Shown in pieces: positions 38,530 to 38,894 of a DNA stretch of 38,894 nucleotides. The stretch's first letter is position 1, and the number at the start of each line of letters is the position of its first letter. The DNA comes from Leptospirales bacterium (GTDB taxonomy: Bacteria > Spirochaetota > Leptospiria > Turneriellales > JAOUFE01). Made by a program: the position numbers and the translations under genes. The notes below the pieces were generated by a model. The model made no database searches. It was not told where the DNA came from and was given only the letters and a program-made list of their open reading frames with translations. The stretch spans positions 1-38,894 of the forward strand of contig JBEQLE010000041.1 of assembly GCA_040326155.1 (NCBI GenBank), in the 5' to 3' direction.

Positions 38530-38894
38530 TCCTCCTTTTCCGAGGGAAATATATCCTGAACTTTTTTTTTAAGTATGACGATAGCCGAAAGTTCTGCAAG
38601 GGCTTTGTCTTTCTTTAAAATTTCTTTCTCCAATTGTTTATTCTGCTTTTTTAGGATCTTGTTTTCTTCCTTGTATTTCCGGGAATCGTTCATCGTCATT
38701 AACTCCTTTTCCCATAATTCGAGATGCTCACTTTTTAGGCCACTTTTGCGAAGCCATTCGCCGATTTCAGTTTGCGAGAGTCTGGCATATTCTAGAACAG
38801 CCTTAGCCTTATTTTCGTTTGACCAGCCATTTGGGCGAGCATTGTGGGCAGGTTCACTTCTGAATTTATCGCGCCAATTGTAAAGAGTTTGCGG
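38526..38894 (-). CDS. IS3-family transposase OrfA (5'-truncated by the window edge)
   Basis: Manual translation PQTLYNWRDKF...KDKALAELSAIVILKKKVQDIFPSEKED*; A9G slippery site at 38561-38570. Confidence 0.88.
   Translation of the reverse strand, partial: PQTLYNWRDKFRSEPAHNARPNGWSNENKAKAVLEYARLSQTEIGEWLRKSGLKSEHLELWEKELMTMNDSRKYKEENKILKKQNKQLEKEILKKDKALAELSAIVILKKKVQDIFPSEKED

Larger units (their letters stand above)
37456..38894 (-). mobile_element. IS3-family insertion sequence running off the window end
   Basis: orfA/orfB arrangement; end sequence TGTCAGGATAGTTGTCGC at about 37456. Confidence 0.9.

Noticed and set aside
38575..38883. 102-aa plus-strand ORF
   Set aside because: Antisense shadow of IS3 orfA.

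Overview
The window looks like chromosomal DNA from a Leptospirales-like spirochaete (inferred from an FcpB-like flagellar sheath gene, a TPR-Mrr gene and Leptospira-style attC-like repeats). It has three parts. (1) 1-5400 is accessory DNA resembling the tail of an integron cassette array. It holds the 3' end of a group II intron, a probable promoter-bearing cassette encoding a P-loop ATPase plus a small membrane protein (candidate novel anti-phage system), attC-like sites, a TPR gene, a 5' fragment of a second (IIC-type) intron and an RHH + 2TM gene pair. (2) 5750-31140 is mostly housekeeping: XPB helicase, Ala/Gly symporter, FcpB-like protein, two-component genes, nrnA, prmC, hybrid kinase, maf, TPR-Mrr, pseudo-patatin, argJ, nifJ, MBL hydrolase and a frameshifted ATP-grasp/FMN-oxidase fusion. 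(3) 31150-38894 holds four tandem, probably secreted RCC1/BLIP-II-like beta-propeller paralogues built from exact 150-bp repeats with hypervariable codons, then two IS3-family elements. All calls come from reading the sequence by eye; no searches were run.
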